A DNA stretch of 64,000 nucleotides, from assembly GCA_963845755.1 (NCBI GenBank), contig CAWJTV010000041.1:608001-672000 (forward strand), in the 5' to 3' direction. Positions 44,540 to 56,549 of this stretch are shown here, in pieces; position 1 is the first letter of the stretch, and every line of letters begins with the position of its first letter. The position numbers were made by a program, and so were the translations under genes. This DNA comes from an uncultured Planctomycetota bacterium (lineage in GTDB: Bacteria; Planctomycetota; Planctomycetia; Isosphaerales; Isosphaeraceae). The notes beneath the pieces were generated by a model. That model saw only the letters and a list, made by a program, of their open reading frames with translations. It ran no database searches and was not told the DNA's origin.

Positions 44540-45206
44540 TTGCCAAACCCTCGGGCGGCCCGCCGAGGGAGCCGGCCTCACTACCTTTGATCCGACCTTT
44601 CTGGATGGCCCTTCCCTTCCGATACAGCAGGACACCAATGGCGAAGGCGCCAAGGGCAAGAGCCGTCAGTCCCACGGTTTCATAGGTCTTGCGCGTTCTG
44701 ACCGTTGAGAGCGTTCGCTCAACGTCGCCGAGACCGAACGCGGCCAGTGTGAATTCGCGAGAAGGCGTCGCTGTGAGGGCGAATTCCGAGAGGGTGTAGT
44801 TGTTGCACAATTCAAAGCGCCTACCTGTAGTTTGGGTCTTAGTGTATTCGATCTCGGTGGGTACAGCGACGCCATTGACCTGCTGGTAATGCACCGAACC
44901 GCTGTAATGCAAGGAAGACTTCGAACCATTTTTGATAATCTTATCATGCGTGTATTCGTAATTCTGGATTACCCAGTTCATCGACGGGTCCAGGACAAGC
45001 CAGCCCACAATCGTTGGCTTCTTTGGGTCGGGGTCGCGGTATTGGAACGAGACCTTTAGTGTCGTCCTTCCATTTTCCGACACTTGGTCGATCCGTTTGA
45101 TTTCGTAATTGGGAGAATCCACGAGAGAGGGGTAGTTCGGATGGTCGGGCATGAAAAAGCATTCGGGGGGCGAATAGGGAGCATTCTTGACCATTTCCCT
45201 GTACTC

Positions 45207-46491
45207 TGGCCTGCCCCCCAAAACCTGGTCCAGTCTTAATGGGGATCGTACAACTGGCACAGAGCCAGGGAGCGACCCATGCGAAAACGACCGAGTCCGG
45301 ACCAGATTGCATCCATCCTTCGAGACTTCCAAGCCGACCTCGACGCCGGCTTGACCCTCCACCAGGCCTGCCGCAAGGCCGGCATCGGACCGACGACCTA
45401 CTACCGCTGGAAGGCTCTCCAGGAGGAACCTATATCGCGTGAACAATTTCACATTTCAGAACTCGAAGCCGAAATCGATCGCCTCAAGCTCCTGGTCGCC
45501 GAGCTGGCGCTGGACCGCCGCATGCTCCAGGAGGCCTTGAAAAAAAGGCCATGACTGCCCCCAGACGCCGCATGATCGTCAAAGAATTATGTGAAGAATT
45601 CCACGTATCTCAACGCCGCGCGTCGCGGGCGCTGGACCTGGCCCGGTCCGGCCTTCGCTACGCGCCGGTCGTTCGCGATGAGCAGGTGGCGCTGGCTCGA
45701 CGCATCGAGGAACTGGCCGGGGCCCGACCGCGGTTCGGCTACCGGCGGATCTGGGCCTTGCTGGATCGCGAGGGCTGGACGGTCAACAAGAAGGCCGTGC
45801 GTCGAACTCTATCGCGAGCTGGGGCTGAAAGTGGCCCAACCGCGGGCCAATCCCAAGCTGTGCCGGGCTCATGGGCAGGACGAGAATGCCTGCCACCTCC
45901 GGCCCGCGCGGGAAAAACGACGTATGGACATGGGACTTTATCTTCGACCGTACCAGTGACGGTCGAAGTCTCAAATGGCTGAGTATTGTTGATGAATATA
46001 CTCGAGAATGCTTGGCCTTGGAGCCGCGCCGGGGTATGACGGCCGAGGACATCCGGGTCATCCTGGCCGAAGTCGCGGCCGGTCGCGGCGGCCCGCCGTG
46101 CCGGATGCGAAGCGACAACGGGCCGGAGTTCGTTGCCGAGGTGGTGCGGTCGTGGCTGGAGGACACCGGCTCCGGGACCTGGCCCGTGGCGCCGGGGAGC
46201 CCCTGGCAGAACGGTTATGCGGAGTCGTTTCATAGCAAGGTCCGTGACGAGTTCCTGAACCGCGAGGAATTCGAGAGCGAACCGCAGGCCAGGGCGTTGG
46301 GCGCGCTCTGGATGGAGGAGTACAATACCGAACGCCCGCACAGTTCCCTGGGATATCAGACACCGGCCGAATTCGCGGCCACTTGTGTGAGGTATGTGCC
46401 TATCGATGAAGACCCGCCCGATCCCTCGTCTACTGAATCAACGAACAGGTGATTCCCATTATCACTGGACCAAGAAATGGGGAGCAGGCCA
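45207..46491 (+). mobile_element. IS3-family insertion sequence (1285 bp)
   Basis: TG...CA ends; imperfect IR TGGCCTGC.CCC.A....TGGTCCAGT; 3-bp target duplication CTC; orfA 45279-45554, A7G slippery site at about 45540, orfB DDE (W.WDF, SDNGPEF, PWQNGYAESF). Confidence 0.93.
45279..46452 (+). CDS. IS3 transposase OrfAB (programmed -1 frameshift plus additional breaks in orfB)
   Basis: HTH orfA TYYRWK; orfB GYRRI, DEYTRECL, YNTERPHSSLGY.TP. Confidence 0.9.
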
Positions 46492-47359
46492 CTCGAAGAA
46501 GGTGGCTAAAAAGAAATTCCCCACCTCCTGGCCAACCTGTCTTTCAAGAAAGTAAGGGCCATCTGGCGTCTGACGGCGACCGGAAAAGAAGTTGCTTCCC
46601 CCCTGGTTGATGAAGAACCGATCGAAGTAATGCGGGGTCTCCCGCACGAATACGGCCCTTTCGCTGCCGTTGCAGGATAGGTAGGAATACCTCAAGATGC
46701 CCAGAGGCGGACGAGCCTGCGTCTTGGTCTTTGAGGATTCATCTCTCTTGCCAGTTGTCCGAACCGTTCCCTCGATCCTGGCATTGCGATAGGTTTCCTC
46801 AAGGTCGCGCAGCTTTTGTCGGTACCTGGGGAGGAAATCACCGGGAGCAGTCTCAACCGCCTGTGCTTTGGCCCGCGCGGGATCGCCAGGGAGGCGGCGA
46901 GAATCAGCCAGACGAGGCAGCGAAGAACGGAAGATGCGGGAGAGACGTGGGAACCCCACGGGAATCTGTGCGTCATGTCATCTCGCCTCCACTTACCCAT
47001 CGATGGCTTGAGTCGCCTGTTGATGGCTGTGTCCTGCGTTCTACAGCGGAAGGAATCGCGAGGGTTCCCCTGAACACCTGGAAACGCTGGGGGTTGGCCT
47101 CCGGGCTCGGTGCGGTCCGCGTCGCGGCGGGGCTAGGACCGTTCGCCGCAACTGGCCGCAAGATCACCGGTTCTGACGGGGCCGGGAGACTCGGTCCGCT
47201 GTAGAACCCGGCACTCCTCGGACAGCTAATGGAGTGCATGGTTACGAGGCTCGGCCCGGCGAAAGGCGGTGGTGTTCGCCGAGGAGTCTCCCGTTCCCCG
47301 CCCTTAAGTACTGACGCTCGTACGCAAATCCGATCCTGAAGTTGCGCCGAGTGCCGATT

Positions 47360-47668
47360 TCAAGAGGGCGGGAGCCGCGACGGTGGCACGCAAATCCATT
47401 GCTGGAGGTATGCCGGGTATGTGCACCCGCAGCTTTGACAACCTGTATTTAGACTTAGAGCACAACCCCTCGCAGCATTCGTGCAGGACCCGCCCTTGTC
47501 GTAGTTTTCATTAGTGCAGTTGGGGTGGCCGCACGCGGAGGGGCCGCGGCTCGGATGGGCAAAGAGCGCCTGTGTGGGCAGAGCGATCATGCCAGTACCC
47601 AGGAAGAGGGCGGAGCCGAGGTAAAACGAGGAAACGCGCGATGCCAATTGACGCCGAGATTCGAACAT
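47360..47668 (-). CDS. Small secreted Cys-rich peptide (8 Cys)
   Basis: AGGAGG RBS; hydrophobic N-terminus; CGHPNC..SC..GC..GCQSCGC..WIC. Confidence 0.7.
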   Translation of the reverse strand: MFESRRQLASRVSSFYLGSALFLGTGMIALPTQALFAHPSRGPSACGHPNCTNENYDKGGSCTNAARGCALSLNTGCQSCGCTYPAYLQQWICVPPSRLPPS

Positions 47669-47748
47669 GGGTGTCCTCCTTTGCGGGTTGATGAATGTCT
47701 CTCGACGAAAGAGCCCAAGTGTGGTGTGAGACGCCGGCGTATTCGATC

Positions 47749-48279
47749 TCATGGGTTTACGGCAGGCGAGACTGACGGGTTACGTATCTCGCCCTTGACC
47801 GTCAGCCCGATGCGGGGCTGTGCGGGGTTGGTCGTAAAAAGTTTGAGATCAAGGCCTACGTATCCCTTCGGTACTGCTCCTTCACGTTTTGGGTTGCGGA
47901 TCGATACAGGGAAGTCGCGGCTCTCGTTCGGCTCAAGAACGAACGGCATATCCTTCGGGACCACACAGTTACACCAAGCTTCGCACCCAGCGATGCGAAC
48001 GGGTGCGGCGCCGGTGTTCGTCAACGTGAATGAAACAGAGATTGGATCGCCAGGTGAAACGACTCCGAACGACTTCGTGTTCGAGTCCACCAGAATCGTC
48101 TCGCCTCTGAGGTAAACGTAAGCCGACCGGATTGCATTAAAGCCACCAACGATCCAGATTGCTGTGGCGAAAACAGTTATGGCCAGGCCGGCGGCGACGG
48201 GCTTCGCGGACGGCGAACTCACAATTCGCTTCCATCGGATGGTCGGTGCTCGCTGGCCGATCGCTTGCTCGGTCGCCAT
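47749..48279 (-). CDS. DUF1573-like Ig-fold membrane-anchored protein
   Basis: SFGVV..G...SFTLTNTG..PVRI.....WCNC motif. Confidence 0.8.
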   Translation of the reverse strand: MATEQAIGQRAPTIRWKRIVSSPSAKPVAAGLAITVFATAIWIVGGFNAIRSAYVYLRGETILVDSNTKSFGVVSPGDPISVSFTLTNTGAAPVRIAGCEAWCNCVVPKDMPFVLEPNESRDFPVSIRNPKREGAVPKGYVGLDLKLFTTNPAQPRIGLTVKGEIRNPSVSPAVNP

Positions 48280-48545
48280 CGTAATCGCCCTTTCGTTCCC
48301 AACCAGAAACGCAATCCCGGCGTCATTCGCCCTCTGGATCCACCTCGATGTTGACCTTGGTCTGGAAGCCAACTCTGCCGTCGGTCAAATAACCGGTCAC
48401 GTCAACGGAGAGCCGACCTTCGAAATCCGGATCATCGGACGGATTGAAGGTGACACTCAGGCCCATTGACTGGTTTGGTCCGAGCCGGGCCGGCGCCCGC
48501 GCACGTCGATGCAAAGGCACGACGTCTCGATGCGCTCAAGAGTAA

Positions 48546-49865
48546 GGAACAGCGAAAAAATAACCTGAGCAATTATTTCTGGGGGCGGATTGTGTAGTTC
48601 CACTCTCCGTGAAACTTGGCCGGCGTTAACTTGAGGCTAGCAAGTTGCTCGTCACTGACCTCGATTCCGGTCTCATATACGTCGGTATCCAGGAGGGCAC
48701 GCACCGTCAGGCCCGTCTTCGTCGTCGTATTCGCGATGAGGTTCACGATCACCTGGTAGCTCGTCAGCGGCCGGCCCCGCCAGTTCTTGGTAATGAAGCA
48801 GAAGAGCCGATGTTCGATTTTGTTCCATTTACTGGTCCCCGGTGGGAAGTGACACACGCGCAGCGACATACCCAAGTCACTGGCCAGGTCTTGCAATGCC
48901 AGCTTCCACAGTCGGTTGCGGCTGCCATTGCTTCCGCCCCCGTCCGCGGTGATCATCAATTGCGTAGCTCGCGGATAGCGCCGGCAACCCATCTCCCGCC
49001 ACCAGCGCCCGATGCTGGCCACCGCGAACCGCGCCGTATCGTGATCGATCCCCACGCTGACCCAGCCTTCGTTATGAGCGAGGTCGTATACCCCATAAGG
49101 GATCGCCTTACCCAACTTCTTGTCCGGGAAGTCATGGACTTTGACCTCCTCCGGCTCGCCTTTGGGTTGCCATTCCTCACCCGGGTTCTTGAATTCGCCG
49201 ACCAATTCCTTCTTCTTGGTGTCGACGGACACGACCGGTTGACTGCGCCTCTGGTATGCGATCACTTGTCGGTTGATGTACTCGAACTGGGCGTTGCGGT
49301 CCGGCTGCGAGGAGCCTTCTCTCGTCTTGCGATTGGCTTGCAGGCTATAGCCGGCCTTCTTCAGGAGGTGAGCGACCGCGCGGTCCGACACGGCGTGCCC
49401 CTGATTCCGAAGTTCCTCGGCCAACTTACTGGTGCTCTTACAGGTCCAGCGCAGCGGCGACTCCGGATGCCCTCGGGTCGCCGGATCGACCAAGACCTCC
49501 AAAGCTTGTTGCAATCCCGGGTCGGTCTCGGTCAGGAGCTTGCGACCGGCACCAGGGCGACGAATCCGCAACGCGCGGCTCGGCTCCGGATGAGCACGAC
49601 GATCTTCCAGTTCACGAAGCCCCGCCGCGATCGTATTACGAGCCACACCCGTAGCCAGGGAGACGGCCGTGACGCCGCCCCAACCCAAGGCGGAAGCCTC
49701 AGTAGCTACCCACAGTCTGCGTATCTGCTCGTCCATCACAGGAGACAGCGCCAGGTACTTCTGCCGGATACACTCAATGGTGGTTGTGTCTTGCATGCGG
49801 CAAGGATCGTCGAAGCCGCATAATTCCGCAACCCGAAATTGCTCAACTTATTTTTTCGCGGTTCC
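48546..49865 (-). mobile_element. ISAzo13-family insertion sequence (1320 bp)
   Basis: IRs GGAAC(A/C)GCGAAAAAATAA..TGAGCAATT; 3-bp target duplication TAA. Confidence 0.92.
48573..49796 (-). CDS. ISAzo13-family (Rhodopirellula-type) DDE transposase
   Basis: SVDTKKKELVG, ITADGGGSN, PGTSKWNKIEHRLF, FHGEWNY. Confidence 0.95.
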   Translation of the reverse strand: MQDTTTIECIRQKYLALSPVMDEQIRRLWVATEASALGWGGVTAVSLATGVARNTIAAGLRELEDRRAHPEPSRALRIRRPGAGRKLLTETDPGLQQALEVLVDPATRGHPESPLRWTCKSTSKLAEELRNQGHAVSDRAVAHLLKKAGYSLQANRKTREGSSQPDRNAQFEYINRQVIAYQRRSQPVVSVDTKKKELVGEFKNPGEEWQPKGEPEEVKVHDFPDKKLGKAIPYGVYDLAHNEGWVSVGIDHDTARFAVASIGRWWREMGCRRYPRATQLMITADGGGSNGSRNRLWKLALQDLASDLGMSLRVCHFPPGTSKWNKIEHRLFCFITKNWRGRPLTSYQVIVNLIANTTTKTGLTVRALLDTDVYETGIEVSDEQLASLKLTPAKFHGEWNYTIRPQK

Positions 49866-50511
49866 TAAGCGACTTGGTTTGCGTGTTTTGGACCGAGAGC
49901 CAAGTCTCGGCCGGCTCTCCGGGATGGACGACGCCCAGAACGGCCGGTTCCGGGCTGATCGCGAGCGGGAAATGCGGGCGCGCCGGACTTGCCGGTTCTA
50001 ACGGGGGGGGGGCTTTATCCGATGATGCGGAGCCGAGGGAGGATAAGGCCAATGCTCCCAGCCCGATGACCGCCGGGATGGCGGTCCAGGTGAGCCAGCG
50101 TCCGCGACGAGATCCGTCGAGCAGGACACGCATTGGAGGACCTCGAATCGACTGGATGTCAACCCGACCTCTTTCCAGTCTATACTAGGCGTCGAACCGC
50201 GCTGTCAAGGCCCCAGTTTCCTGTTCGCAAGAATTATTTTTGGCTCATGGGCCAGGTTTTGGTGGTTGGGAGGATCAGGCCGGTCCTTGTGCTTCACGCG
50301 TCCCCACGCCACAGTTTGAAAACGCTTTTTCGAGAGCTCTCGCGGAACACCACGGGCCAGGAGTGGTCGGCCATGATTGTTGAGTATCCCTTCTGACATA
50401 CGCCCGCCCGCTCGCCGAAGTGCTGGGTCGGGACGGTTGTCGGGCGCGGGCCAGGAGGCCACTGTGACGAACGCCTTGCATGGCCTCGCAAGGATCGGTG
50501 GTCACAGAACA

Positions 50512-50677
50512 CCCTAACGCGGCCTTCGGCCGCAACCCAGGTGGGATTCGAGATTCCCGATTCGAGATCCCTGATTCAAGATCCAGAAATCGTTCCATCG
50601 GGAATCTCGAATCTCGAATCGGGAATCCGGAAGTCCCCAGGTGCGCGCACGGGGCAGGGATCCTACGCAGGCAGACT
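50512..50677. repeat. Dispersed heptamer-palindrome element, copy B (uninterrupted, opposite orientation)
   Basis: Reverse complement matches 3311-3448 joined to 3644-3658. Confidence 0.75.
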
Positions 50678-51387
50678 CGACCGTCGGGGTTCGGGGGGTT
50701 CTTCAGGAGAAGGCTTTGAGCATGTGCAAGACAACTGTTATGCGCTCTTCGTCCCATCAGCTCGGTAGTTCACTTGTCAACCTCGCTGGAGGCCGGTCAG
50801 ATGAACCGGCCTCCTTCCCGTCCGTCCGACCTTCCTGTTGGTCTGCGAGCTTCGCCAACCTGCTCTCCCTTCGAGCCCGCCGGGAGGGCCGCTAATCCAC
50901 AGGCCAAAATTTTTTTCGGATTTTCGTATCCGCCGTTAAGGTCAACAGTTCGGGAGGCTCGGGGCTCCAAAACCGCCATAGGTGCATTAACCGAATTCAA
51001 ATCTTGCGGCATACTATGAGTATGACGCGCGCGCGATCACTTCGAAGCCACGCCGTGACACGGCGCCCACACCATCACGGATTCGACGCAACTCTTTTCC
51101 CGCCCGAAGTATCGGGAATGGCGCCCCGCCAAAAAGATGCTCAAAAATGCCACTTTGTGTCACGATCATCGCGGGGTGATGGCCTCGCGCGTCGCGATCG
51201 CATGGCCGGTGGAGAAATGGGGGGCGTTCCGGACAGGCCCTTTCCATCGGAGCCTTCCCGCAGCACGGTTTCGGAAATGTGCGTTCGGGACCTCTCGCAT
51301 GGCACAGCGGGTCAGGGGAAAGTCGGCAATGACCTTGGGTCCGTCGTTATCCGCGACTCGGATCACGCCGTCTGGCCGCCTCAAGTA

Positions 51388-51899
51388 TTACGTGGTCTGA
51401 CCCTTCGACTGGCGTCGAGCGGCCGCCGTCTCCTGTTGTCGGAGCTTCCGCGTCTCCTCGTGGAGCATCTGGCTGCTGCGGTTCATGAAGTCCAGGATGG
51501 TGGCCAGCTCCCGCTCGCTGTACCGTGCGCTCAGGTCGTTCACCGCGGTCGAGAGCGATTTCGAAAAGCCGGCCGATCTCGCGATAGCCCTTGGGAATCA
51601 CGCGAAGGATCACGCGGCGACGATCATTCGGGTCGTCCTCCCGGCGCGAACCCGGCCGCCTCCAGGCGGTCGATCACCCCCGTGATCGCGCCGGTCGTCA
51701 GGCCGGTCATCTCGGCGAGCTCGCCGGCCGTCATCAATCCCTTCGACGCCAGAAGATCGAGGCATTTATGATCGGTCGGATTCAGTCCCAGCCGGTCGGC
51801 GATCGCCTGGTGGAACATGATAGTGGCCGCGCTGAGCTCTCGCCCCGCCCGTTGCATCTCGTCGAGCAGACCGGTCCTCTCCGACGAGACCTCTGACAC
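51388..51899 (-). CDS. MarR-family transcriptional regulator (frameshifted)
   Basis: GLNPTDHKCLDLL..MTAGELAE.TGLTTGAITGVIDRLE.AGF..R..D..DRRR. Confidence 0.88.
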
Positions 51900-51924
51900 G
51901 TCTTGACCTCCGCTTGAAAACTCA

Positions 51925-51945
51925 TTATCTTAGTTTGTGAGATAA
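51925..51945. promoter_or_regulatory. Candidate MarR operator
   Basis: TTATCT-N9-AGATAA inverted repeat between the divergent marR and methyltransferase genes. Confidence 0.55.
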
Positions 51946-51996
51946 ATGACCCTGGTGGGACGCGATCCCGCCGGCCCATTCTAGCGAGGGAATGCC

Positions 51997-52674
51997 ATGG
52001 ACACCAGCACATCGACGCGGCTCAAGAAGGGATACATAGGGATCGGGATGGAGGGCCCGCTTGCTCGTTGGTATGCGAAGTTGACCGGGAAGGACATGGG
52101 CGAGTTCCGCAGGCTGGCCGCGGCGCTGGCCGGGCGGATCCCGGAGGGGGGTGCCGTTCTCGAAGTCGCGCCGGGCCCGGGCTACCTGGCGATCGAGCTG
52201 GCGAGGCTCGGTGGCCATCGCGTCACCGGGCTGGACATCAGCCGATCCTTCGTCGGCATCGCCACCGAGAACGCGGCGCGGGCGGGTGTGCCGGTCGCAT
52301 TCCTGCACGGCAACGCCGCCGCGATGCCCTTCGAGCCCGACTCTTTCGATCTCCTTGTCTGCCGGGCCGCCTTCAAGAACTTCTCGGAGCCGGCCCGGGC
52401 CATCGACGAGATGCATCGCGTCTTGAAGCCCGGCGGCGAGGCCCTGATCATCGACCTGCGCGGCGACGTTTCTCCCGCGGAAATCGATGCCCATGTGAAC
52501 GGTATGGGGTTGGGCCGATTGGACACGTTCTTCATAAAATTCACATTCCGCCACATGCTCATCAAGCGAGCCTATTTGCCCGATCAGTTCCGAAGCATGG
52601 CCGCCGCGAGCCGGTTCGGATCGTGCGCGATCCAGGAGAACTCGATTGGCATGGAAGTGTCGCTTGTGAAATGA
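51997..52674 (+). CDS. Class I SAM-dependent methyltransferase
   Basis: VLEVAPGPG, TGLDIS, GNA..MPF...SFD, RVLKPGG. Confidence 0.93.
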   Translation: MDTSTSTRLKKGYIGIGMEGPLARWYAKLTGKDMGEFRRLAAALAGRIPEGGAVLEVAPGPGYLAIELARLGGHRVTGLDISRSFVGIATENAARAGVPVAFLHGNAAAMPFEPDSFDLLVCRAAFKNFSEPARAIDEMHRVLKPGGEALIIDLRGDVSPAEIDAHVNGMGLGRLDTFFIKFTFRHMLIKRAYLPDQFRSMAAASRFGSCAIQENSIGMEVSLVK

Positions 52675-52768
52675 CCCGGCCCGGTGACTGGTCTCGCAGT
52701 CGAACCGAGAGGATGTGGAGGAATCGAGAAGATTCGAGATTCGATGAACGAAAACTCGATGCAGATCT

Positions 52769-55221
52769 TTATGATTTTGAATCGATTCTTTCACAACCTA
52801 TCAGGGAAGCTCTGGCCTGCGCCAGCTCGAACTCGCCGGAGTCCGTCCCCTGGGTCCTCAATCGGAATGGCTCGTCTTCCTCGGCGGACTCGCGGACCCG
52901 GCTGGTGGCGCGATGGATGGCATCGTCGAGCTGATTCAGGTCGATGGGCTTGGTCAAGTGGTCGAAGAAGCCGGCTTCTCGACTGAGCTGCAAATCCTCC
53001 TCGGTGCCGAATCCGCTCATGGCGATGCCGAGCCAGTTACCCCGGGCGGCGAGCTCACGCATCAGCTCGAGCCCGTTGCCGTCGGGCAGTTCGACATCGG
53101 AGAGGATCAGGTCGAATCGTGTCTTGGGCCCGTCCACCGCGGCGCGGGCGGCGGCGAGGCAATCGGCGGTCACGACCTCGTGGCCACGGCGGCGGAGCAC
53201 AGTCGCGAGGAAGCGGAGGGTATCCGCATTGTCTTCGACCAGGAGGATGCGCAACGGCGATGCGCGCGGTGCGGTCCGCGGCGTGGCGGGTCGTGTGGGG
53301 GACCGCCCCGTGGTGGTCGTGACGGCCGGGGCGGGGACCGTCGCCAGGTCCAGCCGGAACGTCGAGCCGCGCCCCGTCCCGGGGCTGGTCGCCGTGAGTC
53401 GGCCGCCCATGGCCTCGGCGAGCGATCGGCTGATTGCCAGGCCCAGACCCAGGCCGTGCGAGCGGCCGCGCATGTCGTCCTGGCCTTGTTCGAATGCGTC
53501 GAAGATCCGCCCCATGACCGCGGGCGCGATCCCGATCCCGGTGTCCTCGAACTCGACGACGAGGTGCTCGGCGGCCTCCGCGCCGGGGAGCCCCGCCGGG
53601 TCCGACGGCCCGGGACTGTTGGTCGTCCGGATGACCAGCCGGCCGTCGGGGGGGGTGAACTTCACGGCGTTGTGGATCAGGTTCCAGGTGATCTGCATGA
53701 TCCTGGCGTGGTCGGCCCTGACATGATGGTGCCGGGCCTTGAGCTCGGTCAGGACGGCGAGCCCGGCGACGAGTACCTCGTCGCGGCAGATCTCCACGGC
53801 TCTCCGGATGATCTGGTGAACGTCCACGACTTCGGGGTCGAGTCGGAGCCGGCCCCGGACGATCCGGGAGAGGTCGAGCAGGTCGTCGATGAGGCGGGCC
53901 TCCAGCTCGATGTTTCGGCGGATCATCTCCAGGTCGGGGAGCAGCGCCGGGTCGGGCCGCGACTCGAGCATCGACGAGACGGCGATCAGCGTGGGGGTCA
54001 GCGGTGTTCGGAGTTCATGGCTGAGCACGGCGAGGAATCGATCCTTGGCCCGTGAGGCGGCCTCGGCAACCTCCTTGGCCACGCGTAGGTCTTCTTCCGT
54101 CCGCTTGCGGTCGGTGATGTCCTCGATGATGAACGAGCAAAGGTCGCCCGCCGAGCCCGGGGTGTCCATCGCCGAGAGCGTGATCGCGACCCATTCCGGA
54201 CACGTCGGCCAGAGGCTCCGGCACTCATAACGGACTGGCTGACCGGTCTGCCGGCAGTTGCGGAACCGGCCGATCCAGGCGGACACGTGCTCCGACGGCC
54301 CTGCGAGATCCTTGGCCGTCATCCCATCCAGAGTCCCCGGCGCCAGCCCGAAGAACCGATCGGTCAGCGCGTTGGCCGAGACCAGCCGGGCGCCGTCCTC
54401 GAAGAGCTCGACGACACCCATGGCCATCGCCGACGACTCGTAGAAACTTCGGAGCACCGATTCCTTCTCGCGCAGGGCCCGCTCGCGCGCTTCAGCGAGG
54501 TCACGTCGGTGACCATCAAGAGCAGGCCGCCGGCTTCGGCCGGCCCGGCGAGCCGGCCGCCGCCGGGGGCATCGTCCGGGCCGATCGGCCGCGCGGTCGC
54601 CACGACGTCCTTCACCGTCCCCGCGCCGCGGAACCGGACCTCATGCCAGACCGGTGTGCCTTCCGGCGGGTCAGGCCAGTTCCGCGGGTCGGACGTGGGA
54701 TCCAGGAGGAAATCCGCCAGCGGCCGGCCGACGAGCCGGTCCGGCGGCACGTCCAGGATCTCGCCCAGGCGAGGGTTGGCATAGACCGTTCGGCCGTCCC
54801 GGTCGAGCGCCCAGATGCCCTCACCCGAGGCCTCGACCAGGCGGCGATAGCGGCCCTCGCTGCGCAGATACTCTTTCTCCTTCAGTTCGGCACGCCGGCG
54901 CTGGGCATGCATCCCCTCGAATAGCATCGTGATCAGCAAGGCCAGCGGCACGAACCGCCATAACCGCGTCAACAGGCTCGACGTGTCGCCCGGCATGTCA
55001 ATCGTCAGGACAATCGTGAACAAACCCGCGGCCGTCGCGAATAGGCCGGGGCCTCGACCGCCCATCCAGGCCGAGCAGGTCACCACCGCCACGAGGATCA
55101 GCCGCATCGGGCCCGAGTTGCCGAACAGCGGAGTCAGCCACCAGGGAGATAGGCCCGCCACCACCACCCCCGCCGCGGCGATACCATAACTCAACAGCAC
55201 ATGACGGCTTGATGCGGACAT
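52769..55221 (-). CDS. Hybrid sensor histidine kinase/response regulator with N-terminal TM (DUF4118-like) and PAS domains (frameshift near 54480)
   Basis: SHELRTPL, NLIHNAVKFT, DTGIGI, GLGLGL, ILLVEDN..SDVELPDGNG. Confidence 0.92.
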
Positions 55222-55919
55222 TCTGGCCCCTCTCCGTTGCTGACCAACCGCCGTCCTGTGGTCGCGCAACGTCCCATACTCTGGTTCGCATCGCCACCGT
55301 GCATTCCGTCTTCCGTTCCACGCACTCCACCCAGGCGGCCTGATTCTACCAATAGTCCGGCCGCGCTCCAAGTCTCGGCGACGTGAAGGGGCATCCGGGC
55401 CAGGACCTGGAACCGGGGCACATTGTCGAGAGCTGATGAGATGCGAAGGGCGAGGTGGAGCCGATTCATGTCTTATGGTAAAGCTCGAAAGTGCCCCGCG
55501 CCCGCGGGGGCAGGAACCGGCCGAGGAAATCTTGTTTTCGGATCAACTATTGACCGGCGAGGAATCCCTTCTCTCGATCGATCTGACGGGAATACTGGAC
55601 CATGGGCCGCCTCTGCTCGCTCGTACCGATGACGACTTCTCCGACGGTCCACCTCACCTCGAGTGATCCCCGGTAGGACGAGGAAGTTCGACCGCTCCGT
55701 GATCTGGTCGTACATCTCCCCCATGATCCGGTGGCCTTCTTGACGGATCTCGGCGGTGATCGCGAACGCTCCCAATTGCTCCGAGCGATGGCGGTAGAAG
55801 CCGACTCACCGGCCCGTCATCGCACCGATTCGAGTCCGTCGTCTGCCATCTGGCCTCTCCTCCAGATCCCAGTCCATGGAATACCACCCCGTCACATCTT
55901 CCTTGCTTCCGGCCCGCGG

Positions 55920-56255
55920 TCAGCCGAACCGCACGAGCAGGATCAGCGAGGCGATGGCCAGAACCAGGCCGGCGATCTCGTGGGCGTTGAGCGATTCCCG
56001 GAAGAACACGGCGCCGATGCCTGTGAGCAGCACGATCATCGACACGGAGTACACAACCCCGATCGTCGCCAGCTTCAGGTGCCGCATCACGAACACCCAG
56101 CCGAACGCGGTCGAGGCATAAACGACGAAGCCGATGTAGAACCAGCGGCTGCGAAGCGGCTGATCGCGGGAACTGGCGAGCTTGAGCAGATAGTCTCCCA
56201 CGACTCCCACAACGCTGAACGCAATGGTCACGACGACTGCGAAAGCGTACTTCAT
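55920..56255 (-). CDS. Small DMT/SMR-like 4-TM transporter
   Basis: 111 aa, four hydrophobic helices, VFFRESLN..EIAG. Confidence 0.75.
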   Translation of the reverse strand: MKYAFAVVVTIAFSVVGVVGDYLLKLASSRDQPLRSRWFYIGFVVYASTAFGWVFVMRHLKLATIGVVYSVSMIVLLTGIGAVFFRESLNAHEIAGLVLAIASLILLVRFG

Positions 56256-56549
56256 CGGCAGTCTCTCTTCACGCCTGCAGAGGCCTGCGCGGATGGGAGC
56301 CGGGTTTTACGGTTCGCCCCTGGCATCTTCATCCGCCCTGGCTGGGTAGCCAGCGCCATGGGACGGATCACGGCAGTTCCGTGAGGATTGGCTTCCGCGC
56401 GATTCCTGCCCCGTCGATTGTTCGGTTGGGAAGTCGCTATAATACCCGAAGGGGTCGCGAGGGAACACATGTAGTGACGCCCCCATGGCCCATATGGCTT
56501 CAGGAAGATTGTCCGACTGATGGATCCCTTCGCGTCGGAGGTCCAGGCC

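Larger units (their letters stand above)
44523..46976 (-). pseudogene. Hypothetical exported protein with C-terminal TM helix, interrupted by an IS3 element
   Basis: Removing 45207-46491 plus one CTC copy rejoins ...LATFFE / YREMVKN... in frame. Confidence 0.75.
48323..50133 (-). pseudogene. DUF1573-like protein interrupted by an ISAzo13 element
   Basis: Removing the IS rejoins VQNTQTKSL / TLERIETSCLC; continues (one frameshift) to ...VNIEVDPEGE. Confidence 0.75.

Noticed and set aside
50200..50500. Possible IS-end remnants (CTGTCAAGG..., CACAGTTTGAAAACGCT)
   Set aside because: No matching partner inverted repeat or transposase fragment could be identified by eye
55430..55890. Fragmentary minus-strand coding-like sequence (AITAEIRQEGHRIMGEMYDQIT)
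   Set aside because: Broken by stops and frame changes; cannot assign a product or boundaries
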